DNA of 64,000 bases from the human T2T-CHM13v2.0 reference genome, Homo sapiens, in assembly GCF_009914755.1 (NCBI RefSeq), contig NC_060931.1; one strand, written 5' to 3'. The notes under the pieces were generated by a model. The model ran no database searches. It saw only the letters and a list, made by a program, of their open reading frames with translations, and was not told where the DNA came from. This document shows positions 1-15,198 of the stretch, one piece after another. The translations under genes were made by a program, and so were the position numbers. Position 1 is the stretch's first letter, and every line of letters begins with the position of its first letter.

Positions 1-117
1 CTGGCAGTTTCTCTTCTTCAAAAGGAGGCCAAAGTGGGGTTTATATTAGAATCCTGGTTCCTCACCAGGGATGCAATATGACAGCTGGTCAAGAAACTGT
101 GGCTCAGTTGAGTGTAC

Positions 118-550
118 AATAGAGGAGGGCAGGGAGTGTGTGATAATAGAAATTCAAGGGGCGTATAATGAGTGTGTTGGTGGAGGTCAGGGAGAGAGTG
201 AAGGCAGAGGTCGGGGAGTGTATGATGGTGGAGGTCAGGGAGTGTGTGATGGTGGAGGTCAGGGAGTGTGTGATGGTAGAGGTCAGGGAGTGAGTGATGG
301 TGGAGGTCAGGGAGTGTGTGATGGTAGAGGTTAGAGTGTGTGATGGTGGAGGTCAGGGAGTGTGTGATGGTGGAGGTCAGGGAGTGTGTGTTGGTGGGGG
401 TCAGGGAGTGTGTGATGGTGGAGGTCAGGGAGTGAGTGATGGTGGAGGTCTGAGAGTGAATGATAATGGAGGTCAGGGAGTGAGTGAGGGAGGTGATGGC
501 AGAGGTTAGAGTGCGTGATGGTGGAGGTCAGGGAGTATGGAATGGTGGAT
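118..550. repeat. 24-bp G-rich minisatellite, consensus GATGGTGGAGGTCAGGGAGTGTGT, ~15-17 copies with degenerate ends
   Basis: Tandem units are directly visible; the ORF track shows the 8-aa period CDGGGQGV. Confidence 0.95.
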
Positions 551-1497
551 GAAGGTCTACCATAAAGATCTAGGAGTTCAAAGCTATCCAGTAAGTAGAT
601 GGTGGTGGTTTAATTTTTTAAATAGTAATTTGGACTTTTTCCATGTACAGATCCAGATTCACTGTTTCTGAGTCAGTTCAGGCAAGTAGTAGTGTTTTTG
701 GAGAGGGAGAGGCACCCTCTCACCGCGGGCATGAGTGCTGCTAACCCCTGTGTGGGAGGCTAACTCGGAATGACTTGAAAGAGCTATAGATACTGAATGA
801 AGGGTCTCCTTTTCTCTCTGCCTCTCTGTGTCCTTCTGCCTCAGCACTTCGTGCAGATGAAAGAAGCTAGAGTCATGGTGAGGCTGAAAATTGCTTGGGT
901 AACAAGTAATATTTCTGTTCAACTGGACCCGAAGGACAGGTTGGGAGGTCAGCGGAACCACAGCCCACAGCGCCAGCTGAGGTGGGGCTGTAGAGGGCCT
1001 GAACACTCAGGCAGAGGGAAACCCAGCCTTCCGAGCCGTATGCCCATGTGTGGCAGCTTGCCCCCACTGGGGCAAGTTTCTGAGTAGAGACGATTGTTCT
1101 ATATAAGCTGCATAAACATTAGTTCTCTAATGAGCTGGAACCAACAACAACCCAGTGAACTTCAAGTAAAGGATCTACTCCATGAAAACGGGCAGCTTAC
1201 CTCTGCACAACTGGGAGAACCTCAGTGTTTTTGCAAAACATACACTTTATGAAGCACAGGACCTCAGAGCTGTTGATAAAGCAAGAGAGCTAGGTGAGAG
1301 CTGGATCAAGCCCCAGAGCTGTCATTTACCATTTTGGGACCTGGAGCCTGAGCCTCTACTTTTTCAACGGCAAAATAGGCGTGAATAACGTATCTAGAAG
1401 GACTGCTAGAAAAATGAAATGACATTTGCAAAACACACAGTGGAGCTGGCATAGAGGAAGAGCCTAATAAACCTGCTAAATCCCCCTTTCCCCTGAC

Positions 1498-1534
<37 letters not shown>

Positions 1535-1560
1535 TGTGTGTGTGTGCGTGTGTGTGTGTG
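1498..1560. repeat. Compound microsatellite (TG)n(AG)n(TG)n
   Basis: Seen directly. Confidence 0.97.
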
Positions 1561-1886
1561 CATTCCCTGTTCATTTCAAGCCCTGCTGTCCCTGGCTTAT
1601 GGCCTGGTTTTGGCGTTCCTCTTCCACAGTTCAGGCTTCCAGACCAGTGGGCTTACTGGCTCGGTTTGGCCCAGGATCAAGCCCCTGCCTCCAGCTGTAA
1701 CCTGAGCATTGTCTGGAATGCAGGACAATACATCAGGGCCATGTGAATAGAACTAATCCTCTTTATGTTGGCAGCATCTCATCGGAAAAAAGTAGTGGGA
1801 GTGGGTGGGGAAAATCAGGAGACCCCACCCCCTGCTGTCTCTCAGCAGCTTCTGTATGAAGCCATCAGAACCTTGGGCTGCTCTAA

Positions 1887-2215
<329 letters not shown>

Positions 2216-2707
2216 TGTTGGATTCTTTAGGACAGAAAGTAACAGGGCCTTCCAACAATTTATGTTTGAAAACTCCCTGGCACATGAAGCCAGGCGAGCA
2301 GGCTCAGGGAACGATCATTTTGTTGATCAGCCAACTGTTTACTGAGCCTGTATTATGTGTCACGTCCCTTGTCAGCTCAAGGGGTACAGGAGTAAAATTC
2401 ATGACTGTGGAGAGGCCAGACCCTCACAGTGGACATCACAGCTATCATAAAAGAGGCTACCAGGAGAGCTGCCGTGGACCCCAAACACCTCAGCCATTTA
2501 CTATATGATTCAGTGTGAAAACAGTTCATTTGCATTCAGCTTCTTTAGAAATTCATCTACACAGACTGAGAGTTAAGTCTTAGACATATATAACACGACA
2601 GCAAACAGAATCATTTCATTTCATACCCACTGGACCTGGGTTGAACCCTCTGTCAGTCACGCCCCTTCTGGAGAAGTATCAACAGCTCCCCATGTCTGTA
2701 CTCCTAA

Positions 2708-3153
<446 letters not shown>

Positions 3154-3650
3154 ACACCCGCCTGTAGCTGGGTGTCTATTTCTCTCTCTATTTTTTATGG
3201 TAATCCCATGGGGATCAAATATAACATGCTAAAGTTATAACAACTGATTTTAAATTGATGTCAATTTAACTTGAATTATATACAAAAACTTTACTCCTTA
3301 CAGCTCTGCGCTCCCCCATTTTATCTTATTGATTATGCATATTACACCTTTATGTATTGTGTATCCATTAATATAGATTTTAAGTTATTTTTATGCTTTT
3401 GTTTCTTAAATCCTATAAAAGAATAAAAAGTATAGTTATGAACTAAAAGTACAATCATACAAGCTTTCATATTTGTTCATATATTTACCTTTCCCAAAGA
3501 ACTTTACTTTTTCTGTGGTTTTGAGTTACTGTTATTTCATTTCAACTTGAAGGACTTCCTCTCACATTTTTTGTAGGACAGGTTTAGTGATAATAAACTC
3601 CCTCAGCTTTTGTTTATGTGAAAATTTCTTAATTTCTGTGTCATTTTTGA

Positions 3651-4071
<421 letters not shown>

Positions 4072-4705
4072 ATCCCTTGGCAATCTTTTTAAGGATCCCT
4101 GGTATATGATGAGTCCTTTTCTCTTGCTTTCAAGATTCTCTTGTATTTGCCTTACAGTTTAATTACAGTGTGTCTCAGTGTGAGTTTATTTGGGTGTATC
4201 CTACTTCAAGTTCTCTGAATTTTTTTGTTTTTGTTTTTGTTTTTGTATATCTACATACTTTTTCAAATGTAAGACATTTTTGGCCAATATTTCTTCACAT
4301 AATTTATCTTCCTCTTTCTTGCTGTCTTTCTTACTGGGACTCCAATAGCATGTGTATTGATTTGCTTGATGTCTCATAGGTTCTTTAGGCTCTGTTTACT
4401 TTTCTTCATTCTTTTTTCTTTTTTCTCCTCAGACTTAATAATTTCAAATGACCTGTTTTCAAATTTATGGATTCTTTCTCCTGCCTGTTAGAGTCTACAG
4501 TTGAACACCTCTAGTAAATTTCTCTATTCAGGTGTTATATTTTTCAGCTCCAGAATTTTTATTTGGTTTCTTTTTATAATTTCTATCTCTTTGCTGATAT
4601 TCTCATTTTGTTCCTATATTGTTTGCCTGATTTCTTTAGCTTATTTTTCTGTGTTTTCTATTAGCTCTTTCAGCATATTTAAGACAATTGTTTTAAGTCT
4701 TTTTA

Positions 4706-5081
<376 letters not shown>

Positions 5082-5092
5082 AAGAAAATATA

Positions 5093-5421
<329 letters not shown>

Positions 5422-6193
5422 TCAGGGATGATCTTTTGGACACTTTATTTTCTTCTATTGAACAGATGTTTTCTTGTTTCTTTGCAGGTTTTTTGATTTT
5501 TTAAATTGGGCATTCTTAAAAAGTGCCATTTCTCCCAGTCTTTCCAGACTTAGAAAGCCTTCACTAACCAACAAGACAAGTTCTATACTTTGGAACCCTC
5601 TCAGGGTGAAGGCATAAGGTCCTCTCAGGCCTTTTATGGGCGTGCATCTGCCCTGGGCTTGTGTGTGCTTTTCTCCCCCAATTCCCCCCATTTACTGGCT
5701 GCTTTTGAATGTCTTAATTTCCCAAAGAGTCTCATCCCAGCTTCTTTCCAGGGCCTTAGATATCCTATTGTTTTCCTCTGTCTATAACTCCCCCATTCCC
5801 ATGCATCTACCAGTGTGTAGTCCCATTCCAGCTTTCATGAGCAGTGCCTGCTGCTTCCTGTGGCTCTTCCCAGCCTGTTGTCTAAGTGATTCCACTTTTC
5901 TCTGTCTGAGCTCTGAGTTAGGTGAAACACAGACCAGTCCTTCAGGCAACATCTAACATATGTTAGATCATTGCAAATAACATTTTCTCTGCTCCCTCCA
6001 GGTTGAAAGATAAAACTGGGAGCTGGTCTGTGGTTCTCTTCACCCATGCCATGCAGGGCAGGGGATAGAGTAAGGGGGGCATGTAAAAATGCCACAAAAT
6101 TTTCTACTCTTTTGAATGTGGCTTTTTCTTGACTGGACATTTGCTTGGTTGCTGAAGACCTTTGGATGTTTCCCAGAGCTCCTATAAAGTCAT

Positions 6194-6501
<308 letters not shown>

Positions 6502-6664
6502 TATAAAGTCATTTTAATCAGTCTCTAGATGTTCTTTTCATGTTTGAACGTGAGAACAGGGCCTGGAGTTACCTAGTCTGCCATCTTGCTGACCTCACTC
6601 TCTGCTTATGCCTGTTTGAAGTTTTGTTTATATTGTTGTAACCTTAAAGAGTCTTGATGAATAC

Positions 6665-6770
6665 TCTCATTATTTAGGTGATAAAACTCAGAGGTTATAG
6701 TGTTTAACGTACACAGCTTAAAAAGTGGATAACTCAGGGACTCAAGCCCAAGACGTCTAAGTCTTCCTCT
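6665..6770 (-). mobile_element. MIR fragment
   Basis: Degenerate antisense MIR core (AAACTCAGAGGTTA...ACACAGCT...AAGTGG). Confidence 0.55.
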
Positions 6771-6785
6771 CTGCGTCCTCTAAAG

Positions 6786-7258
<473 letters not shown>

Positions 7259-7686
7259 AGAAAATGACAGCCTTAAGACAAGGAAGCAACCAGCTCAAAA
7301 TGATCTCCTGTCAGTGTCTTCTGGATGTGTAGTTACATACTAGTTTTCCTGTCTTATAGGATTGAGATGTAGAGAAAACTTGATCTAGCAAGGAAGATAA
7401 AAAGACTCATAGTGGCACAGGATTTCTAGGCTTTCTTTTCCAGTAATGAAGGTGGCCTGAGTTCAAACGTAAATCCTGGACTTTCCCAAGTCATTCCAAA
7501 ACTCCAGGCAAAGCTTTGGAATCCCAGAGCACCCCCTCATTAGGAGGGATTTAAGTGGCTTGTACTTTGAAAAGCAAACACTGGAGCCTCTACTCCACAC
7601 CTGCCTTGCTCAGCTCCCTGAAGGCAGCTGAGCTAAAGTGACTATTGAAGAAGGGTCTCTCCCATGCAATAAGCTCACCAGAGAAG

Positions 7687-7782
7687 GACAAGGCCTCCCA
7701 AAGGAATATATATCCATCTGTAGGTCAATCAGAAAGACAAGGCCTCCCAAACGAATATATATCCATATGTAGGTCAATCAGT
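7687..7782. repeat. 49-bp tandem duplication, two copies
   Basis: GACAAGGCCTCCCAAA[G/C]GAATATATATCCAT[C/A]TGTAGGTCAATCAG begins at 7687 and 7736. Confidence 0.95.
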
Positions 7783-9728
7783 CAAGCAAGACTAAAGAAG
7801 TACCATGGGGTGAAAGCCACTATAGTCAGTACTGGGAGCTTTCTGCTCCCCTCTGGGGCCATCACTGTACTTCTCTGAGTCAGTGAGCCCAGGATAGTGC
7901 ATCTGGGCTGTGTTTGTTTCAAGAGTGTGAGAAAATGAGGTTGGAGCAAGGGCCAGGTGAGACTGGGGCAGGGCTGCCAGCTGCCTGCTGAGTCCAGTGC
8001 TGCTTTTCTTCTGTGTAGCTGCAGGCCTGCTGATGCAGCAGCGTGGCCCTTGTATGCTCACAGAGCAGGAAGTCACCAAACACAGAGCAAGGGGTCCCTG
8101 GGCTGCAGGCTCTGCCAATGTGGTTTCGATTCACTCAAATGTTAAAACATTCTTCCTGTTGATCAGCTAAGTTTGTGGACTGTGCAAAAGGAGTTCGTAA
8201 CGAGGGCAAGGGATACCAGGAAAGCAGTTGTCATTTCTGCCTTTCTTTCCTGGTTTAGGACCAGGGAACAACAGCAAACAGAAGGGCATGGCCCCATATG
8301 ACAGAACGAGCCCTGCTGCTTCCTACTGAGGGGCTCCGGGAGGATTCTCCACCCTCCTAGCTCTGCTTTTTCTCATCAGACACTGCGCTCATCAGCAGTG
8401 CTCTGCCTGAGTAGACACTTCGTTATCTAGAGGACTTTGGAAATAGGGTGTTAAGACATTTTTGTTAAAGACAAACACCATGTGGGGTGTAAGATTCCAG
8501 GTCATGGTCATGTGAGTGTCCATGCCTAACTTGAGTGAACATTAGCTTATGAGAGGGTCTCAGGGCCAGATTCATCTATTGACTTAATAACAGTTGAAGC
8601 GAAGGGACATTGATTCAATTATTAATTACTTCACCCTTGACTTAGCATGCGCTATGTTGTCAGCTCTGTGCAAGACACTCAGAGCCCAGAAAACCCAAGT
8701 GAAACAAACAAAATAAAAACCCCATCCCTGCTCTGGAAGAGCTCCTAGCCTGGACTATAAACCTGTCTTCATTTCCAGAGACAGCCTTCCTTTCAGGGCC
8801 TATGTATGATTGATTTTTTTTATTCCTGCCTTCTGTATTTCATGATCAAAAAACCCTGAAGAATTGTCCTTTTTCTCATGATCAAGAGAGAAGCTGCTCC
8901 CTGGCAAGTGGTATCATTCCTTCCCCTGACCCCAGGGAACGTGTTCTAGGGAGTGAAGGAGAGGGGACGGGAGGAGAAGGGATGTACTGTTCAGGTTAAT
9001 GTCCATTGGCCAGACTGTTTGAGTCTCTAAAATGTTGTTCATTCCACTAAAGTTTCATAAATAGAGAGTCCCAGTAGGCTCTGTGCACATCCTCTAGACA
9101 ATACCGCACGAAGAAAGAGTAGCTGGTGTGCTTCTGGATTATGAAACAGCAAAACACAAAACAAAACAAAAAAAACAAACAAACACTGAAAACAGAAATG
9201 ACTACAAATCCATACTTTCCCAGGCAGATCCGTGGAGACCAGAGTTATGGGAAAGCCTCCCAGACATGCTGGGAGGGACTCTCAGTCCCTTCCCTCCCTT
9301 TACCCAAGACGGATGTGTGGGTTTAATGTTTCAGTAAGATTTCATCAAACCAAACCACAGGAGATAGATGGGTTTCCATTCCAAGGTTTCTCCTTTATTT
9401 TTGTTGAGAAAGTTATACGGAAGTTTAAAAAATATATGTGTCCATATCAGAAGATTGTCACCCAATTCAGAAATAGATTTAGGGTGGCTTGAGATGGTGA
9501 GACATTTGGGTTTGGAAAGAAATTGATAAATTATCCACTTCTTTTACCACCCCAGGAAAATAGAAACAGAAAATTATCCAGGCAGGACAGAGAAAACTTT
9601 TTGAAATGCTGACTTGAGGGTCCAGCATAAAATATTCTATGTAGTGATTGTTGTTAATCTCTCGGGGTTTTTGCTCCTCTGAAAAGTCAAAAGAAAGGCC
9701 TCCCATGCACTCCCTTACCAACAGCCTT

Positions 9729-10268
9729 CAGTGGTTCCCAAGGGTCTCTCCTGCTGAAAGCCCATAATAGCCCTTGAGAATTATTGAGGAGTATGTTAAA
9801 AAAAGATTCTGGGGCCAGGCACAGTGGCTCACGCCTGTAATTCCAGCACTTTAGGAGGCTGAGACGGGAGGATCACGTGAGCCAGGAGTTTGAGACCAGC
9901 CTGGGCAACATCTCTACAAAAAAAATACAAAAATTAGCCTAGCATGGTGGCACATCTGTAGTCCTAGCTACAGGGAGGCAGGAGGCTGAGGTGAGAGGAT
10001 CCCTTGAACCTGGGAGGTCCAGGTTGGAGTGAGCCATGATCACGCTGCAATGGAGTGGAGTGGAACACCACTCAGTCCAGCCTGGGCCACAGAACAAGAC
10101 CTTGTCTCAAACAAACAAATAAACAAACAAAAAACCCCCAAAACAGATCTGGGCATTGAACCTGGACCCTCTGTATTGCAGTTGCTGAGAGTGGAGCACA
10201 GTATTGTGCATTTTTAAGTGGTTCTCCTAAGGTGGCTGTCTCAGTCTAAAAACCTTTAGAACTTTGGG
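9729..10268. mobile_element. MER5-family element split by AluJ
   Basis: CAGTGGTTCCCAA terminus; TGTTAAAAA..AGATTCTGGG and TGCATTTTTAAG motifs. Confidence 0.55.
9812..10135 (+). mobile_element. AluJ with an internal deletion and small insertions
   Basis: GGAGGATCAC, CCTGGGCAACA and GAGCCATGATC J-type diagnostics. Confidence 0.9.
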
Positions 10269-11899
10269 TGTGAATGGTCTCTAGGTGAGTTTGTCTCCTG
10301 GTGGGTTTGGTGAGGTGGCTGGGCTACAGCCAGACTGTGCTCTCGAGTCACCAAAGCACCACGACACCTTGGACAACCCCTAATTCCTGGCCTGGGTGGG
10401 GCCTGGAACATCTTAATCATTAAAGAAGGACGCTCTCTGAGGCTCATGGCGGCAATGTTAAATGATTGAAAACCCAACTCAAACACGCTTCCAGTCGCCA
10501 CAGAGGGAATAATTTGAGCAGCAACAAAGAAAAAAGACTGCTCTGGACTGGGGCAAATCAACCATTTTAAAATTAATGAGTTCATCATGACAACAGAGAA
10601 TGAAACTCGTTGACCACCTGGAAGGATGCTGGGGAACCAATCAATGCGTAATGACTGTGAATCATGCATGGATCCTGCCTTCCCTTCTGTGACCAAAAGC
10701 TGGCCTTTTGTTTCTCCAAGGAAGGTACTGAATCCCACTTGTCCCTGCAGTCCCGACAGCAGCCTCTCTCAGACTTGCAAGTGCTTAGTGACTGTTAAAT
10801 CAGGAGGATGAGGCATTTCTCCACCAGCAAAGACATCCCTCGTATCTGTAATTACCTCAGCCCATCGAGGGAAGTGTCTGCTCCAAATTCTCGCTACAGC
10901 GGCCCAGCTAGTTTGCCTCCTTACAAACTATCGGGATCACTGGGGTGACTTTACCCTTACCCTGAGGCTAGAGTCCCTCATTTTTCATCCAGGTGACTGC
11001 ATGTTACCAGTTTTCTAACATTGTGAGCAGCACCCACAAGCTGCAATCTTCAGACCTGCAACTACCCGATCAGTTGAGTCGGCTCTCTCTGGTTTTGCCA
11101 AATTGGCCTAGCCTCAAGAGGCCTCCAGTTACACATTGCTCCTTGAAGAAGGGGGCCGCCTCTGAGCCTAGAGTGACCTCGGAATTGTGGTTGGGAACCA
11201 GGTTCACCTTCCAAGTGCCAATCTCACTCTGCAGAGGAGTGGGCCTTAGTGTGAGGGGTGGTAGCCCCTCAGCCTCCTGTTGGTGGAGGCCTCAGAGGAG
11301 CAGAGAGGACATCTCCTCCTTTTGAATCCTGGCACCTGAGCCAGAAACCGGCTCTCCCAAGAGGTAATATGCATTTCCAAGCCGAGCTGTACACAGAGCT
11401 GAGACCCACATTGGCCACTGGCCAGCTGGTGCCCTTGGGTAAGTAATGGCAGCCCTGAATCTCTGTATTCTCAACTTTAAAAGACGAGAAAGGTGCTTTT
11501 CTTGGGAGTGCTGTGTCAATTAGGAAGAGGATGGTGTGCAGCAGGCACTTAATTGGCACTGCATTCCTCCTGTGCGGGGTACTCTGGACCTTTCCTCCTC
11601 CCTCTGGGCTCCTTAGAAGCGAGGATCAGCCCCTCTGGGCTTATTATCTCAGGCTGCCCCTTCACCCACCCTGTTTGTTGTCTGCTCCTGGGCAGAGACC
11701 TTCATTAAGGGCAACAGTGTCAAGGGGTGGCCCAGGCCCTGGAGCCAACCCTGGAAGCATCACTTCTTGCCTGTTGCCCCTATTTTGAGGCTCAGTGGGA
11801 ATGCCCATGGCCAGCTCCACAGCAAGACAGATGGCTCTGTCACTGGCCTTGAGTAATGGGAGGCTCCTCTCACCCTACTGGGCCAAAATCAAAGGTTTC

Positions 11900-12060
11900 T
11901 ACCATCTTTGTGAGGCAGTTTTACATGTATCAATCTCATTTGGACCCTCTCATAAACTCAAGCAGGGCAGGGGCAGGGTAATTAGCCCTCTTTAACAGGA
12001 TCAGAAACTGAGATTCAGAAAGCCACTCATCCAGTGTCTTGCAGCTCCCAGGGGCTGGGC
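11900..12060 (-). mobile_element. MIR fragment
   Basis: TTTTACATG..ATCTCATTT..GAAACTGAG. Confidence 0.6.
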
Positions 12061-12479
12061 CACACATCACGCAGCCTTGGTGCCCCTCCTCCTCCCATTG
12101 GCCAATTTTACTGGAACCCATGGGTACACGAGGCCTTAGGACACCTCTGCTATTCTTACCAGCCCTGCTAAAATATCCCTAAGGACAGCAGGCTCCAGGA
12201 TGTGATGTCTAGATGTTTGCAGCTTTTCTCAGGGGAACTCCAGTTGTTATCTAATCATTTCAACACAAAACCTCAAAATAAACCCACATGAATTATGGAC
12301 TAAATGCCCAACTCACAAGAATTTTGTAAAATAAACGATGAATCATCTAAAATATTTCATGTATGTGTTGGACAAATCTGAATTGTGTACGCAGGTCTAT
12401 CCTCAGAGCCTTGGTAAGTAGAGATTCTCTAGGGAAAAAGTTTGAGAGCAAACTTAGGCTTGGGAGAAGCAACAGGGTT

Positions 12480-12585
12480 GAGGCTGAGCGTGGGATTGAT
12501 GCTGGAGTGTCACTCACTTTTCTGGCCTTGAGGAAGCCGTTTAGAATCCTGAGGCTCAATTTTCTCATTTATAAAATGAGGTAAT
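12480..12585 (+). mobile_element. MIR fragment
   Basis: CTCAATTTTCTCATTTATAAAATGAGG core. Confidence 0.6.
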
Positions 12586-12898
12586 GGCTGGGCATGGTTG
12601 CTCATGCCTGTAACCCCAGCATTTTGGGAGGCCGAGGTGGGCAGATCACCCGAGGTCAAGAGTTCAAGACTAGCCTGGCCAACATGGCAAAAGCCCATTT
12701 CTACAAAAATACAAAAATTAGCTGGGCGTGCTGGTACACTTCTGTAATCCCAGATACCCGGAAGGCTGAGGAGGGAGAACACTTGAACCCAGGAGATGGT
12801 GGTTGCAGTGAGGCGAGATCATACCACTGCACTCTGGCCTGGGTGATAGAGTGAGACTCCATCTCAAAATAAATAAATAAATACATACATAATAAATA
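12586..12898 (+). mobile_element. AluS with a TAAA tail
   Basis: Sense Alu; TSD ATAAAATGAGGTAA. Confidence 0.94.
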
Positions 12899-12946
12899 AA
12901 ATGAGGTAACAAGACTTTTTTCAAAGGGTACTTTTGAAGTTTCTAA

Positions 12947-13181
12947 TTTTTTTTTTTTTTTTTGAGACGGAGTCTCGCCCTGTTGCCCAGGCTGGAGTGC
13001 AGTGGTGCGATCTGGAATTACAGGCGTGAGCCACAGCGCCTGGTCTAATTTTTGCATTTTTAGTATAGACGGAGTTTCACCATTTTGGCCAGGCCGGGAT
13101 CAAACTCCTGACCTCAAGTGATTCGCCTGCTTGGTCTTCCAAAGTGTTAGGATTACAGGCGTGAGCCACCTTGTCTGGCCT
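12947..13181 (-). mobile_element. Alu with a large right-arm deletion
   Basis: CAGTGGTGCGATCT joined directly to GGAATTACAGG. Confidence 0.9.
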
Positions 13182-13417
13182 GATGCTTCTTTCTTTTTCT
13201 AAAAAAGACAGCTTCATACTTTTCTTTCTTGTCCTTTGCTTTGTTGCCAAGCTTGGAGATGATGAAATTGAGACTTAAAATAAGACAGTACGATCACCTT
13301 TTCTTGTATGTGGTTTGCAATTGAGTCCTAAGAGGCAGAAGGGGGCCACTCTGGAAATTCCAAGTCCTTGGGAGTGGTTTGTGTTTACAGTTTCACACAA
13401 AAATGAACCAGTTCCAT

Positions 13418-13975
13418 GAAGACTCAGAAGGGAGACTCAGAAGGGTGGAGGGAAGAAGAGGGGTGGATGATGAGAAATTGTTTAATAGGTATAATGTACA
13501 TTATTTGGATGTTGGATACACTAAAATACCTCTACACAATTGATATGGTTCAGCTCTGTGTCCCCACCCAAATCTCATCTGGAACTGTAATCCCCACATG
13601 TTGTGTCGAGGGAGGGACCTGGTGGAGGGAGATTGGATCATGGAGGCAGCTTTTCCCATGCTGTTCTAGTGATAGTGAGGGAGTTCTCACAAGATCTGAT
13701 ATGTTTATAAGTGTTGGGCAGTCACTCCTTCACTTGCACTCTCTCCCCTGCTGCCTTCTGAAGAAGGTGACTGCTTCCCCTTCTGCCATGATTGTAAGGT
13801 TCATGAGATCTCCCCAACAATGCAGAACTGTGAGTCAATTAAGCCTCTTTCTTTTTTTTAATTACCCAATCTTGTGTGGTATCTTTATAGCAGTGTGAAA
13901 ACAGACTAATACAACAATATATCTATGTAACAAAGTTACACTTGTACTCCATAAGTTTGTACAAATAAAATGATA
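13418..13975 (+). mobile_element. 5'-truncated L1 3' end (L1PB/L1MA-like), interrupted by THE1D
   Basis: GATGAGAAATT..GGTATAATGTACATTATTTGG..ACTTGTAC..AAATAAAA; flanking repeat TGAACCAGTTC. Confidence 0.8.
13541..13913 (+). mobile_element. THE1 solo LTR (probably THE1D, ERVL-MaLR)
   Basis: TGATATGGTT...GACTAATACA termini, CCCACCCAAATCTCATC core, 5-bp TSD ACAAT. Confidence 0.92.
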
Positions 13976-14835
13976 AAACTGAACCAGTTCTAAATCAGGT
14001 TAAATTGAACAAGAATATCAGGCATAGTCCATGGAAAACAACCCATACTTCTCTCTGATTCCATAATTTATTTTTTATTTCCAACTTCATGCCTCTCAGT
14101 CACGCCGGCCATCTCTATCATGTGCCTTGGACCCTCTGGCCTTGGGGCCCGAATGATGGCTTCAGCCCCTCTGGCCAGCAAGTCTGTCTGCTGCCTCTAC
14201 TGGACACATGTACTGCCTAAAGCTGGGGACTTTCTTATCTGGTCCAGACCCCCAGTTCCTCTAACACACTCATTCCACAAATAGAGCCTCAGGCTCCTCC
14301 AGGCCCATGGCTACAGAGCCTTTCCTCTCCTAGAGTTTCTCTCCTTTTAGACTCACAAACTCTCTGCTTACCTGCAAGGTGACAGCCTCACTTGAGGAGG
14401 AGGAGCTGAGGTTCACTAGGTGGGAGCTGGCCCAAGTCAGTTTAGCTCAGAGGTCGGAGTCTTTGTAAGATGCAGAATGAAAATGAAGTGTTACGACCTC
14501 AACCTCCCTCTCCCATCACCCGCTGGGCAAATGCCAATGTCACATCCTTTAAACTGACTTCCTGCCTCCTAGGTCTCTGCCCTGCCTGGTTTAGATCGAA
14601 GTGATTAACCTTCTCCCGGGAGCTCGGGGAGGGAAGTCTGGCTGAGCCCTCTTGCCCTTCAGTTCTGCTGTCCTCCTCTACCCAGGTGGGTATTTGACAA
14701 GTTTGTGGATTTCAAGCAAAATGTATCTAAAATACATTGTCTTACAGTATGAACTAGAGGAAACAGTGTTTGAATGTTATCTGTTTCTTTTGGAACCAAA
14801 TCATTGGGTTGGATGATTTATTAAGAAGTGAATCA

Positions 14836-15198
<363 letters not shown>

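Noticed and set aside
71-509. Gly-rich repeat ORFs (CDGGGQGV)n resembling loricrin or keratin-associated proteins
   Set aside because: They are translations of the 24-bp minisatellite; the frame breaks at a variant unit and there is no exon context
118-550. CRISPR-like regular repeats
   Set aside because: The units are contiguous with no unique spacers, there are no cas genes, and this is human DNA
13416-13898. 160-aa ORF
   Set aside because: It runs through L1 3' UTR and THE1 LTR sequence; a chance open frame
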